Shown: positions 30,301 through 38,577 of the stretch, piece after piece
Layout: each line of letters opens with the position of its first letter
How positions within the stretch are numbered: the stretch's first letter is position 1
Virus record (IMG/VR): IMGVR_UViG_3300021365_000003
DNA from: a virus
Direction: 5' to 3' (one strand)
Length of the DNA stretch: 64,000 nt
Position numbers and translations under genes: made by a program
The notes under the pieces: generated by a model
The model's input: the letters and a program-made list of their open reading frames with translations, nothing else
The model's database searches: none
What the model was told of the DNA's origin: nothing

Positions 30301-30767
30301 TGTGTGTCGATCGGCCAAAGATCTATAAGAAGATCCAAAAGTCACACGATAAACTAGCCGAGAACATCAAAGAGTATGCTCCCGAAAAGGACTTCTCAGA
30401 TGTTGAAAGGATTGAGTATCTCTCAGATCTGACCGGGGTGTTCCCAATGTCGCTAGTTGTTGATGATAACTTGCTCCAAGATCTTCACCATCAAGGTGTG
30501 CCCCCTATCTCTGAGTTCGATCCTGAGCTTTTGGTTTGCTGGTTCATTCCTCGCAAAGTAACTGAGCGCAAGACAAAGAAAGGAAAAACATACTGGATTG
30601 TTGATGTTACAGACAGCAACAGTGAGATGATCGCAATCAAGTGCTGGGCTGTCCAAAAGAATGATGTTGTTCATCTAAACAGACCCTACGCAGCAAAGCT
30701 TGACTATTGCGACAACTGGGGCTTTTCAACTCGCTCAATCAAACATCGCTTCAAGTTGCTTTCCTGA
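27324..30767 (+). CDS. dnaE: DNA polymerase III alpha subunit (family C)
   Basis: PHP motifs LHGHS, TDHG and SACL.G; GRGSAAGSL; PDIDFD; HAGGVV; KFDVLGL; GFNKSHA. Confidence 0.96.
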   Translation: MKERTESKLKFVNLHGHSCVGSPFDALGYPDEHMDFSYNNGCDAVALTDHGNMNGFSHQYLHWKKMKNEGKEFKAVYGVEAYFHPSIKDWKEEKLRIEEDKKQAKKLAKAEGMSIEDEGSTRSRNSPINHRRHLVLLAQNQTGLNNLFSLVSKSHQGDNYYRYPRMDYDLLREHSEGVIVTSACLGGYIAKIMWQMLDQSDEEIIAEAVSQSKEMLEIFGERFFLELQWNSIPEQHRLNKIIIAVAQELNIELVSTADAHYPSPELWKDRLLYRNLGWMNRKSNPDYEISIPETLEEVGYELYPKNGDQMWQAYKDYSAEVGETYDDDLVRGSIERTHWITHELISDFEPDAEVRLPDFVVPESETADSQLVKLAIEGMTEFGLADNDEYVARIREEIEVIKERGFAKYFLTMKAIADRANEMMLSGPGRGSAAGSLLAYVLKITQIDPIKHGLLFSRFMTKDATDYPDIDFDVSRSMEIKEVLAKEWGEDSVVPISNFNTLKLRSLIKDVSKFYGIPFTEVNKVTSVMIKEATPLAKAAHGMTAGMYVPTYEETVLYSESLQSFLAKYPEVGERLSALLGQVRSLSRHAGGVVVGDDLKKWMPLIASGGVVQTPWSEGQNVRHLEPLGFIKFDVLGLTTLAIMEGAIYHILRRHHGIEEPTFDQIRDFYDKNLHPDKIDLDDAEVYNDIFQAGKWAGIFQFANEGAQKLCSNSKVESIIDLSAVTSIYRPGPLSAGVDKDYIAAKESPQYIKYDHPIIRTILEPTYGFMIFQEQIAQLAAELGKGLTLDDGNKLRKLLTKKGLSEKKMKEKADIKQKFLEGCYEKGYKGGEELWRKFEYFSGYGFNKSHAVCYSVISYQCAWLYKYFPSEWTAAFLDNEPDAKKEAAIATAKGAGFNVEKISINSSGRCWEISQDGQTLYQPLSSIKGLGDAAINEIMAHRPFHKVEDLIFSEEISYSKLNKKALDVLCRAQALNSLVDERFTGLKHFWSAVCVDRPKIYKKIQKSHDKLAENIKEYAPEKDFSDVERIEYLSDLTGVFPMSLVVDDNLLQDLHHQGVPPISEFDPELLVCWFIPRKVTERKTKKGKTYWIVDVTDSNSEMIAIKCWAVQKNDVVHLNRPYAAKLDYCDNWGFSTRSIKHRFKLLS

Positions 30768-30806
30768 TAAGAACATCAGCCAACTAACTAAGACAAAGGA
30801 GGAAGT

Positions 30807-31133
30807 GTGGAGAAGGGCCAAAAAGTAATCAAGCTTCAAGAAGGTGCGATCTACCTAGGAGAAGTCAAAGAGGTGAAAGAAAGTAGTTTTTATAGGCCCA
30901 TCAGTGCAAGAGTGCATTGGATCAGGCCTGTGTCTTCCGGAAGCAGCACAAACAATTGCAGCCAAGACGAAGATCTAGAGTGGGTTGACGGTGAAAAACT
31001 AGTTGTATTTGATCCAGAAGAGCTTTTTGAAAGCCTAAGTGAACTTTACCGGGAGGACTATAATGCTCTCCCTAGGTTGCAAAGGATGTGTGTTTCGGCT
31101 TACGCTGCAAGGTTTTTAGCCGGAAAAGAATAA
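30807..31133 (+). CDS. Small hypothetical protein (SH3/KOW-like pattern)
   Basis: KGQKV...LGEV...RVHW; SD GGAGG. Confidence 0.6.
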   Translation: MEKGQKVIKLQEGAIYLGEVKEVKESSFYRPISARVHWIRPVSSGSSTNNCSQDEDLEWVDGEKLVVFDPEELFESLSELYREDYNALPRLQRMCVSAYAARFLAGKE

Positions 31134-31175
31134 ACCACTAGTATTATATTCAACCCCACGGCGGGCACGGAATGC

Positions 31176-31205
31176 TTGACATCCGGCCCTGAACCGTGGT
31201 ATAAT
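31176..31205 (+). promoter_or_regulatory. Sigma70-type promoter
   Basis: TTGACA-18 nt-TATAAT. Confidence 0.75.
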
Positions 31206-31241
31206 ACGGCTCTATCGTGGAAAAACAACGCTCGGAGGCGT

Positions 31242-31442
31242 ATGGACACCGAAATTAGAATCGGATCGCTCGTTGGCTGGGACAGCCCTCGTGGCGATTA
31301 CGGGATCGTCGTTGGAGGCAGCAGCGATCCTCGAACCTCACACATTATTCGTGTTGATTGGTTTGGAAGAAAAGATAAGAAAGTATTGACCCCCAATACA
31401 ATAAGTAGGTTTGATAAAAGACTATACTTGATCAGTGAATAA
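31242..31442 (+). CDS. Small hypothetical protein (SH3/KOW-like pattern)
   Basis: IRIGSLV...YGIVV...RVDW; SD GGAGG. Confidence 0.6.
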   Translation: MDTEIRIGSLVGWDSPRGDYGIVVGGSSDPRTSHIIRVDWFGRKDKKVLTPNTISRFDKRLYLISE

Positions 31443-31758
31443 AACAATGGAAATAACTAATAGGAGAAAAATGATTATTAATGATACAGTAATGCAGGTC
31501 CAAGGAAACTCTTTGCTTGTTGGCACAGTCAGCGAAACAAAGAAGGAGAACGGATGGCTTTTTGCTCGGGTAGATTGGGTTCCGACAGAGGCACGACAAG
31601 GGATCGAAACAAACCTTGAGAGCTTGTTGGAGATCCGAAGAGAAGATTACAACCCAGAAACTGAATGGATTCGCTGTTCTAAGTTGATCAATGTAAACGC
31701 CGAGGCTCTTATTGAGGCTCTTCATCAAAGCAAGCAGTCTGATACGACCGCCCAGTGA
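31435..31758 (+). CDS. Hypothetical protein
   Basis: Similar pattern to 30807 (VGTV...ARVDW...EW). Confidence 0.6.
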   Translation: MNKTMEITNRRKMIINDTVMQVQGNSLLVGTVSETKKENGWLFARVDWVPTEARQGIETNLESLLEIRREDYNPETEWIRCSKLINVNAEALIEALHQSKQSDTTAQ

Positions 31759-32012
31759 AAACTAACGCAAGGTTTATAAAAGACATTGACAGCAATAGAA
31801 AGTTATGGCAAATGCCTGATGGTGTGTATATCCAAACATCCTTCTCAGACAAGGTCGTCGCTTCGTACGAAACGGCGGCATTCTATGCCAACGCCGAGGG
31901 AGAGGTTGTGGATTGGATAGACTTGGTTGTCGCATTCTCTTCAGAGCCTGCGCACGAATACGTTATCGAAAAAGTCCTAAAAAAATACAACCGACTCGGA
32001 CTTACAGAATAA
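31755..32012 (+). CDS. Hypothetical protein
   Basis: 85-aa coupled ORF. Confidence 0.55.
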   Translation: MKTNARFIKDIDSNRKLWQMPDGVYIQTSFSDKVVASYETAAFYANAEGEVVDWIDLVVAFSSEPAHEYVIEKVLKKYNRLGLTE

Positions 32013-32025
32013 AGGAGAAAAGAAA

Positions 32026-32490
32026 ATGTATCTTAATGATTATTGGGACGGGGAATGCCTTGCTGATCCGGGGGTGTTCGGATGGCGATCATGCCCCAAT
32101 CCCTGCTGTGACGAAAAAAATGAACTCTCCGCTAAAAAGGAGAAAGGTAGAACAAAGAAGCACCACCATTCCATGCTTGACGTTATTAGCAAAATGGGAT
32201 TTATTCCAGTTAGCGAACGCAATACCATCAACTTTAAAACCAGGCTCGTACCAGGCACTAGACACAAGCGAGACTATATTTCCTTTGTCAATTGGCCGGG
32301 AGATCTCGTGGTCCAGGCGCTTAAAGAACATGGCTTCTGGTGGGACCCGCAGAAAAAACATTGGCATAGAGTTCACGCTGACGACGGGTTCAGAGAGGCC
32401 GCCGAAAACACAATTTCCTTGCAAGATGATTGGGCAAGGGCGTGCGGCCATTGGATGGAGGATGTTGGAGAACCGAACGGCCCTTATTAA
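32026..32490 (+). CDS. Hypothetical protein
   Basis: SD AAGGAG; contains the ALKEHGFWWDP.KK.W motif. This is the credible ORF here, not the long 31913 extension. Confidence 0.7.
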   Translation: MYLNDYWDGECLADPGVFGWRSCPNPCCDEKNELSAKKEKGRTKKHHHSMLDVISKMGFIPVSERNTINFKTRLVPGTRHKRDYISFVNWPGDLVVQALKEHGFWWDPQKKHWHRVHADDGFREAAENTISLQDDWARACGHWMEDVGEPNGPY

Positions 32491-32536
32491 CATGAAAAAT
32501 ACTTACCAAAACGTAAAAGAAATAAAAGGAGTGAGA

Positions 32537-33577
32537 ATGTATAGAGAAACAATGGGCGGCGTAAAGCCAGCCGGCGAAATCACAGCAGATGTTGTTGTTG
32601 GGCTTCAGTATGGTGATTGTGGTAAGGGAAAAATTACACACGATCTATGTAAGAACGGCAATTACACTCACGTTATGAGGTTTGGCGGCGGTCCAAATGC
32701 CGGTCATACAATCTATCATGAAGGCCAAAAGCTTGTAACTCATCACATTCCTAGTGGAGTGTTCTTTGGGATCAAATCTATTATTGGCAACGGATGCGTT
32801 ATTGACCCCTATGCCCTCCTACAAGAAATCAAAGATCTTGAGGCGGCTGGTATTGATGTTGTATCAAACCTTCGCATTGCTCAAAACGCACACATTATTA
32901 CAAAGGAACATAAAAATGAAGATAAAAGAGACGAAAAGATTGGAACGACTAGAAGAGGTTGTGGTCCTGCTTATCGTGATAAATATGGTCGAAGTGGCGT
33001 ACATGCTGGTGGATGCTCTTTTGTAGGTGAGCTGGCCTTTATGAAAGATTTGGTTATTGATCTTTACGAAGAGTTTTATAGCGACAAAAACACTTATGTG
33101 CTCTGTGAGGGCGCACAAGGCTTTGGTATTGACATTGACTGGGGTGATTACCCTTATGTTACATCAAGCCACTGTACGACGGCTGGTGCGCTTCTGAACG
33201 GTATTCCACCACAAGCAATCAACCGTGTTTGGGGTGCTGCGAAGGTTTATGAAACTTATGTTGGAGCAAAAAATTTCCAAGGTGACGATCCTCTTTTAGG
33301 ACAACTACAAGAGGCCGGCCAAGAGTTTGGAGCAACCACAGGAAGAAAGCGCCAAACAAACTGGATTGATCTTGACTTTCTCGCTAAATCGTGTAGAATG
33401 AATGGTGTAACTGACCTCGTGATCAACAAGATGGATGTTATGCGTGAGGTAATGGGAGACGAAGAGTGGGAAAGCGACTTCCGCCATCGTGTATCAAACG
33501 TTGCCGAACAATGCGGCGTTCCACGAGTTTACTTCTCAGACAACCCCTATTCTATTCTTTCACAGGAGGCAGCATAA
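32537..33577 (+). CDS. purA: Adenylosuccinate synthetase (short form)
   Basis: GLQYGDCGKGK, GGPNAGHT, IGTTRRG.GPAY.DK, EGAQG, YPYVTSS and GATTGRKR motifs. Confidence 0.93.
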   Translation: MYRETMGGVKPAGEITADVVVGLQYGDCGKGKITHDLCKNGNYTHVMRFGGGPNAGHTIYHEGQKLVTHHIPSGVFFGIKSIIGNGCVIDPYALLQEIKDLEAAGIDVVSNLRIAQNAHIITKEHKNEDKRDEKIGTTRRGCGPAYRDKYGRSGVHAGGCSFVGELAFMKDLVIDLYEEFYSDKNTYVLCEGAQGFGIDIDWGDYPYVTSSHCTTAGALLNGIPPQAINRVWGAAKVYETYVGAKNFQGDDPLLGQLQEAGQEFGATTGRKRQTNWIDLDFLAKSCRMNGVTDLVINKMDVMREVMGDEEWESDFRHRVSNVAEQCGVPRVYFSDNPYSILSQEAA

Positions 33578-33578
33578 A

Positions 33579-33974
33579 ATGATTGAATATAAAGTAAAAG
33601 CATGGTCCAACGGAAGCAAAGTGTGGTACCTAAACGGCAAGCTTCACCGTGAAGATGGTCCTGCTGTTGAGAGGGCCAACGGATACAAAGAATGGCGGCT
33701 AAACGACAAGCTTCACCGTGAAGATGGTCCTGCTGTTGAGTATGCCAGCGGAACCAAAGAATGGTATCTAAACGGAAAGCGTCACCGTGAAGATGGCCCG
33801 GCTGTTGAGAGGGCCAGCGGAGACAAAATGTGGTTCTTAGATGGACAACAACTGACCGAAGATGAACACTGGCTAGTCACACCAACCAAGCCACCCAGCA
33901 CCCCATGCGCCCAAACACTTTCCGCAAAGGTTGTCGAGATTGATGGAAAGAAATACAAACTAACAGAGGTATAA
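33579..33974 (+). CDS. Solo HREDGPA-repeat protein (3 repeats, unique N- and C-termini)
   Basis: SD AGGAGG; repeats nearly identical at DNA level to the arrays at 49-64 kb. Confidence 0.88.
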   Translation: MIEYKVKAWSNGSKVWYLNGKLHREDGPAVERANGYKEWRLNDKLHREDGPAVEYASGTKEWYLNGKRHREDGPAVERASGDKMWFLDGQQLTEDEHWLVTPTKPPSTPCAQTLSAKVVEIDGKKYKLTEV

Positions 33975-33977
33975 AAA

Positions 33978-34433
33978 ATGACTAAACTAAACCTAAAAGT
34001 AAAACAACTTGAGAACTTTTACAACCTCAAGCAAAGAGGACAAGGCGATGCTGGTATTGATCTTTACGCAACAGAAGATTGTATTGTCCGACCAGGAGAA
34101 CAAACACTGGTAAAAACAGGCATCTCTGTTTCGTTTTCAGCTGATTACTATCTTCGTATTGCGCCACGCTCTGGTCTTGCCTATAAAAACGGCATTGATG
34201 TAATGGCCGGTGTTATTGACTCTTCTTATCGTGGAGAGATTGGAGTTATTTTGAGAAACCATTCTGTTACGACCGAGGAGAGCACCGGAGCATTTATCAT
34301 CAATCGTGGTGATCGTATCGCACAAATGATTCCAGAACACATTTCACAAGAAGACTTTGTGTTTGTGGAAGATCTAGATGATAGCAACCGTGGAGAAGGT
34401 GGTTTTGGATCAACAGGGGTGCGAGATGAATGA
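33978..34433 (+). CDS. dut: Trimeric dUTPase
   Basis: AGIDL, PRSGLA, GVIDSSYRGEI, GDRIAQ and RGEGGFGSTG motifs. Confidence 0.96.
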   Translation: MTKLNLKVKQLENFYNLKQRGQGDAGIDLYATEDCIVRPGEQTLVKTGISVSFSADYYLRIAPRSGLAYKNGIDVMAGVIDSSYRGEIGVILRNHSVTTEESTGAFIINRGDRIAQMIPEHISQEDFVFVEDLDDSNRGEGGFGSTGVRDE

Positions 34434-34680
34434 TTATCACGCACAGTTACTTATCCAACAGCGCCGCAAGGAAACAAGGCTCATACTTTACGCTTTCACG
34501 GGGCTTTTCCTTCTAGCACTATTTGGCTTGGGTTTGGTCGCATCAGGCAAGGATGCGCAAGCCCGGATCGAATGTTTAGAACAGGAAGGACAAATCATTC
34601 CGGCCGGCAGCGATGTTGCTTGGGTATGCGCCCAAGCAACACAAACTTCTCAAAACAATCAAAAGGAGATCAATGAATAA
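34426..34680 (+). CDS. Small membrane protein
   Basis: One hydrophobic segment. Confidence 0.55.
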   Translation: MNDYHAQLLIQQRRKETRLILYAFTGLFLLALFGLGLVASGKDAQARIECLEQEGQIIPAGSDVAWVCAQATQTSQNNQKEINE

Positions 34681-35170
34681 GCAAACAATGAACACAATGA
34701 TGTCATCAAAAAAGATGGACTGGCAAACACCAAAAGAATTTTATAGCAAATTGAACAAGGAGTTTAGCTTTACACTAGACCCGGCAACAAATGGCTCAAA
34801 TGCTTTATGTACAAACTATTTCACAGAAGCAGAAGATGCCTTAGTCCAATCGTGGAAGGGCGAGACTTGTTATGTTAATCCGCCTTATGGCCGAGTGCTA
34901 AAAGAATGGATTCGTAAGGCCTATGAAGAAAGCAAGGACTCAGGAACTACTGTAGTTATGCTTATCCCGGCACGCCCAGACACAAAGTATTGGGCAGAAT
35001 ATGTTATGCAAGCCAATGAAATCCGCTTTGTGAAAGGTCGTCTAAAGTTTGGTGGTGGTGAAGCAAACGATCCAGCACCATTCCCGTCAGCAGTCGTTGT
35101 TTTCAGAGGCGGTCACAATGGACAGCAAAATCTTTGTGGCCCGGTTGTCTCAATGATGGAAAGAGCATGA
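34673..35170 (+). CDS. Phage Dam-family N6-adenine methyltransferase
   Basis: DWQTP, F.FTLDPA, NPPY, VMLIPAR.DT..W and GRLKF motifs. Confidence 0.9.
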   Translation: MNKQTMNTMMSSKKMDWQTPKEFYSKLNKEFSFTLDPATNGSNALCTNYFTEAEDALVQSWKGETCYVNPPYGRVLKEWIRKAYEESKDSGTTVVMLIPARPDTKYWAEYVMQANEIRFVKGRLKFGGGEANDPAPFPSAVVVFRGGHNGQQNLCGPVVSMMERA

Positions 35171-35376
35171 AATCAAAAGAAGCAGTAGATCACCCCGACC
35201 ACTACAATAAAGGCATTGAAACAATTGATTACATTGAAAGCTGGAAAATGGATTTCAATCAAGGAAACGTGATCAAGTATGTTTCACGATACTCAATGAA
35301 AGGCGGCCCAGAAGATCTCAAGAAAGCCAAATGGTATCTAGAAAGAATGATCGATCAAGAGGAAAAAAATGTATAA
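35167..35376 (+). CDS. DUF3310 / T7 gp1.7-like protein
   Basis: VDHPDHY..GIETIDYI...GNVIKY..R...KG..EDLKKA.WYL. Confidence 0.85.
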   Translation: MKSKEAVDHPDHYNKGIETIDYIESWKMDFNQGNVIKYVSRYSMKGGPEDLKKAKWYLERMIDQEEKNV

Positions 35377-36391
35377 ACAAACAATCACATTTGGGGATGT
35401 TTTGTTGGAACCACAATACTCCGACATTATATCAAGGAAACAAATTTCACTAGCAACGCCTTTGGATTATGAACTAAATCTAGAGATTCCCATTATTGCT
35501 TCTCCGATGGACACAGTAAGTGAATGGGAAATGGCTGCAGCAATGTCTAAGCTTGGAGGAATGGCTGTTGTTCATAGATACAATACAATCGCTGAACAAG
35601 CAGCCGAGGTAGAAGACGCCTTGGATGTACCAAACTGTTCTGTTGTTGGAGCAGCAGTTGGTGTGAGTGGAGACTTTATTGAGCGAGCCATTGAATGTTA
35701 TGCGTCAGGAGCAAAAGTTATTTGTATTGATGTTGCTCACGGCGATCATTCTCTTGTAAGCGAGGCTATTGATTCCTTGCGAAGAGAGCTTGGAATGAAC
35801 GTTCACATTATGGCCGGCAATGTTGCGACGCTTGAAGGCTTCAACCGATTGGCCGATTGGGGTGCTGACTCTATTCGTGTAGGCATTGGTGGAGGAAGTA
35901 TTTGCTCAACCCGTATCCAAACAGGCCACGGCGTTCCAACCCTTCAGTCTATTATTGACTGTGCTCAAACAGATCGCAGCGCCATTCTTATTGCTGACGG
36001 CGGTATCAAAAACTCTGGTGACATTGTAAAAGCTTTGGCTGCTGGCGCTGATGCTGTAATGTTGGGTTCGTTATTGGCCGGAACTGATGAAACGCCCAGT
36101 GAAACTTTCCGCAATCGTGATGGTCGCTGCTTTAAAGCTTATCGTGGTATGGCATCTGCCGAAGCACAAAAAGCTTGGCGTGGAAAAACTTCGTCCTTAG
36201 AAGGCGTATCTACCACTATTCCTTGTAAAGGCTCTGTATACAATGTTGTAGAAGAACTACTTACTGGTGTGAGGTCAGGCTTTTCCTATTCCGGAGCGAG
36301 AGACATTGTTGAGCTACAAAGCAAAGCAACATTCATTCGCCAGTCCCACAACGCAGCAGTTGAGTCCAGCACCCACATCTTACATCGATGA
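35369..36391 (+). CDS. IMP dehydrogenase / GMP reductase family (no CBS domain)
   Basis: [33 protein letters not shown] and YRGMAS motifs. Confidence 0.92.
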   Translation: MYKQTITFGDVLLEPQYSDIISRKQISLATPLDYELNLEIPIIASPMDTVSEWEMAAAMSKLGGMAVVHRYNTIAEQAAEVEDALDVPNCSVVGAAVGVSGDFIERAIECYASGAKVICIDVAHGDHSLVSEAIDSLRRELGMNVHIMAGNVATLEGFNRLADWGADSIRVGIGGGSICSTRIQTGHGVPTLQSIIDCAQTDRSAILIADGGIKNSGDIVKALAAGADAVMLGSLLAGTDETPSETFRNRDGRCFKAYRGMASAEAQKAWRGKTSSLEGVSTTIPCKGSVYNVVEELLTGVRSGFSYSGARDIVELQSKATFIRQSHNAAVESSTHILHR

Positions 36392-36741
36392 GCGAAGATC
36401 AAAAGCCAAACATAGTAGAGTATGAGCCAAAGTATAAAAACTTAACTTTCTCTATTGGCGAAAAGCTCCACGCTGATTTTCGTATTAGACTAAAGTATGA
36501 AGGCATTGGCCAAGGAAAGTTTCTTCGTTGGGTTATTCTCCAGTTCGTAAATCAAACATCACTCTTAGAGAAGCTGATTGAAGAATACAAGAAAGACAAC
36601 GGAAACCTTTCCAAAACCCGTGAAAAAAAGATCCGCAAGGAAAAAGAAAAAACAAAGAAAGTGAGACAAAGTTTCTCTCTTTCAGAAGAAGAGTTAGGAT
36701 CTATTTTTGACATTATTGAAATAGAAATGCCTGACTTGTAG
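36388..36741 (+). CDS. Hypothetical protein
   Basis: 117-aa coupled ORF. Confidence 0.6.
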   Translation: MSEDQKPNIVEYEPKYKNLTFSIGEKLHADFRIRLKYEGIGQGKFLRWVILQFVNQTSLLEKLIEEYKKDNGNLSKTREKKIRKEKEKTKKVRQSFSLSEEELGSIFDIIEIEMPDL

Positions 36742-36852
36742 TTTTTATAAATAACATACTATTTATAACTGGTGGAATAAAAAGTTTTTTTATTTTTATC
36801 ATACTATTTACTACAAACACTTATTTTTAATATAACAAAGGAGTTATAACAA

Positions 36853-37422
36853 ATGGCTAAGAAGACACTACTTTCAGAGGGACACATTCGTAAGTTCATG
36901 AAGCTTGCGGCTATTGGGCCTCTTACCGAAAACTTCCTCTCAGAAGAAGAAGAGCCAATGGAAGAAGCAACCGAACTCACCGAAGCTGAAGAAGTCGAGG
37001 AAGAGGAAGAAGTGGAAATGGACGCTCCTGAAGGCGACATGGAAATGGAAATGGGTGAAGAGGAGATGGAAATGGACGCACCTGCCGACGACGGCGAGGA
37101 CGCAATCAAAGCCGCTCTTGAGCAACTCATTGACGCCATCAAAGCCGCTCCGGAAACAGACATCGCTGTTGACGCAGCCGATGAGATGGACGAAATGGCC
37201 GAGCCAGTGGAAGAAATGGCTCACCCAATGGAAGAGACATCATGTGGTGACCATATGGAAGAAGACATGTACGAAGAGCTAAACGAAACCGTTGAGGTTG
37301 TCGATACTCAGGACATCGTAAAGAAAGTCACCCGCAGAGTTGCGGAGCGACTAGTCAAAGAGTCAAAGCAGGACAAACTTGCCGAAGTTCTAGCAGCGAA
37401 GATCGCAGCAAAACTTGGCTAA
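36853..37422 (+). CDS. Highly acidic protein (scaffold/internal-protein-like)
   Basis: Glu/Met-rich; preceded by two ACTATTTA motifs and a TATAAATA (36746). Confidence 0.7.
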   Translation: MAKKTLLSEGHIRKFMKLAAIGPLTENFLSEEEEPMEEATELTEAEEVEEEEEVEMDAPEGDMEMEMGEEEMEMDAPADDGEDAIKAALEQLIDAIKAAPETDIAVDAADEMDEMAEPVEEMAHPMEETSCGDHMEEDMYEELNETVEVVDTQDIVKKVTRRVAERLVKESKQDKLAEVLAAKIAAKLG

Positions 37423-37455
37423 GACCTTGACTTAGAAAAATAAGTGTTTAACTTT

Positions 37456-37485
37456 AAAAGACCGCAGATTATGCGGTCTTTTTTT
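37456..37485 (+). terminator. Rho-independent terminator
   Basis: AAAAGACCGCA-GATTA-TGCGGTCTTTT followed by a T run. Confidence 0.85.
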
Positions 37486-37498
37486 ATTAGAGGAAAAA

Positions 37499-37873
37499 AT
37501 GGATACGTGGACTATCATTGGCGTGTTTTTTCTAGGAGTATTCTCTTATCGCTTTCTAGCATCACTCTTAAACTATACACATTCCTATAACTTTCTAACA
37601 TACTGCCTTGCTTCTTGCTTGACTATGATTAGATCGTTTGGAAAAGATGTAGTAACAGTTAAAGAAAGGCTAATTAAGCAAATGGAAGATCTAGACATTC
37701 CGGAAAAAGAAAAAGAAGTCATGAAAAAAAGAATGGAAAAAACTCTCAATGACTGGCAATCTGTTACGTTTGTCCGTGTTGTTGCCGTTATTCCAAAAGA
37801 GTTCTCAAAAGTCTTGAAAACTAATGAGATCTGTGATAAGATCAAGGATGCCTTTAGCGAGGTAAACAAATAA
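37499..37873 (+). CDS. Hypothetical membrane protein
   Basis: Hydrophobic N-terminus. Confidence 0.6.
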   Translation: MDTWTIIGVFFLGVFSYRFLASLLNYTHSYNFLTYCLASCLTMIRSFGKDVVTVKERLIKQMEDLDIPEKEKEVMKKRMEKTLNDWQSVTFVRVVAVIPKEFSKVLKTNEICDKIKDAFSEVNK

Positions 37874-37900
37874 AATTTATTCTTCACAAAACGAGGTAAA

Positions 37901-38569
37901 ATGAAGAAGAAGAAGAACAATCTAAACGAAGAGCATGAAGAGACAGTAGAAGAAGAATCCCCTGGCGCAATCCATTTCTCGCTGCCAGCACAACCAGCCG
38001 AGAAGGACCTCCGAACCGTAGCCGTTTTTGGAGCAATCAACGAAGAGAAGTGCGCAGATGTTACATCAGGCATTTATTATCTTTGGCAGAACACCCCAGA
38101 GTTGTTTACCGAGGAGGAGTTAGCAGAACACGAAGGGTTGTTGCAACCCGAACAAGACATTCGTATGATCATCTCAACTTATGGCGGAGAGGTCTTAGAG
38201 ATGTTTGGTATTATTGACCTTATGAACATGACAAAGTCTAGTGGTGTCGACATTGAGACTATTGGCCTAGGCAAAGTAATGTCTGCCGGCGTAGCTATTC
38301 TAGCTGCTGGGACAAAGGGTAAGCGTCTTGTTGCCCGAAACTGTCGTCTTATGCTTCACCAAGCGTCCGCAGGGACAATGGGCTCTGTGCACAACATGGA
38401 GAACGAACTGGAAGAAGTAAAGGTCCTGCAGGATATGTATGTTCGCTGCGTTGCCGAGAACTCAAACTTATCCATCAAGAAGATCAAGAAAATGTTTTCG
38501 TCAAACTCAAATCATTACATCTCAGCAGAACAAGCTGTTGAGTATGGGATCGCTGACGAAGTAATCTAA
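37901..38569 (+). CDS. clpP: ClpP-family protease subunit
   Basis: ISTYGG, IGLG.VMSAG, GTKGKR, LMLHQ and SAEQAVEYGIAD motifs. Confidence 0.88.
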   Translation: MKKKKNNLNEEHEETVEEESPGAIHFSLPAQPAEKDLRTVAVFGAINEEKCADVTSGIYYLWQNTPELFTEEELAEHEGLLQPEQDIRMIISTYGGEVLEMFGIIDLMNMTKSSGVDIETIGLGKVMSAGVAILAAGTKGKRLVARNCRLMLHQASAGTMGSVHNMENELEEVKVLQDMYVRCVAENSNLSIKKIKKMFSSNSNHYISAEQAVEYGIADEVI

Positions 38570-38577
38570 GGAGTATT

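Noticed and set aside
31913-32536. 554-aa PurA with a long N-terminal extension
   Set aside because: The extension overlaps two better-supported ORFs (31755, 32026), and a good SD precedes the ATG at 32537.
32537-33577. PurZ (2-aminoadenine Z-genome pathway)
   Set aside because: The P-loop keeps the PurA catalytic Asp (QYGDCGKG) where PurZ has Ser, and no DatZ/MazZ-like neighbours were recognised.
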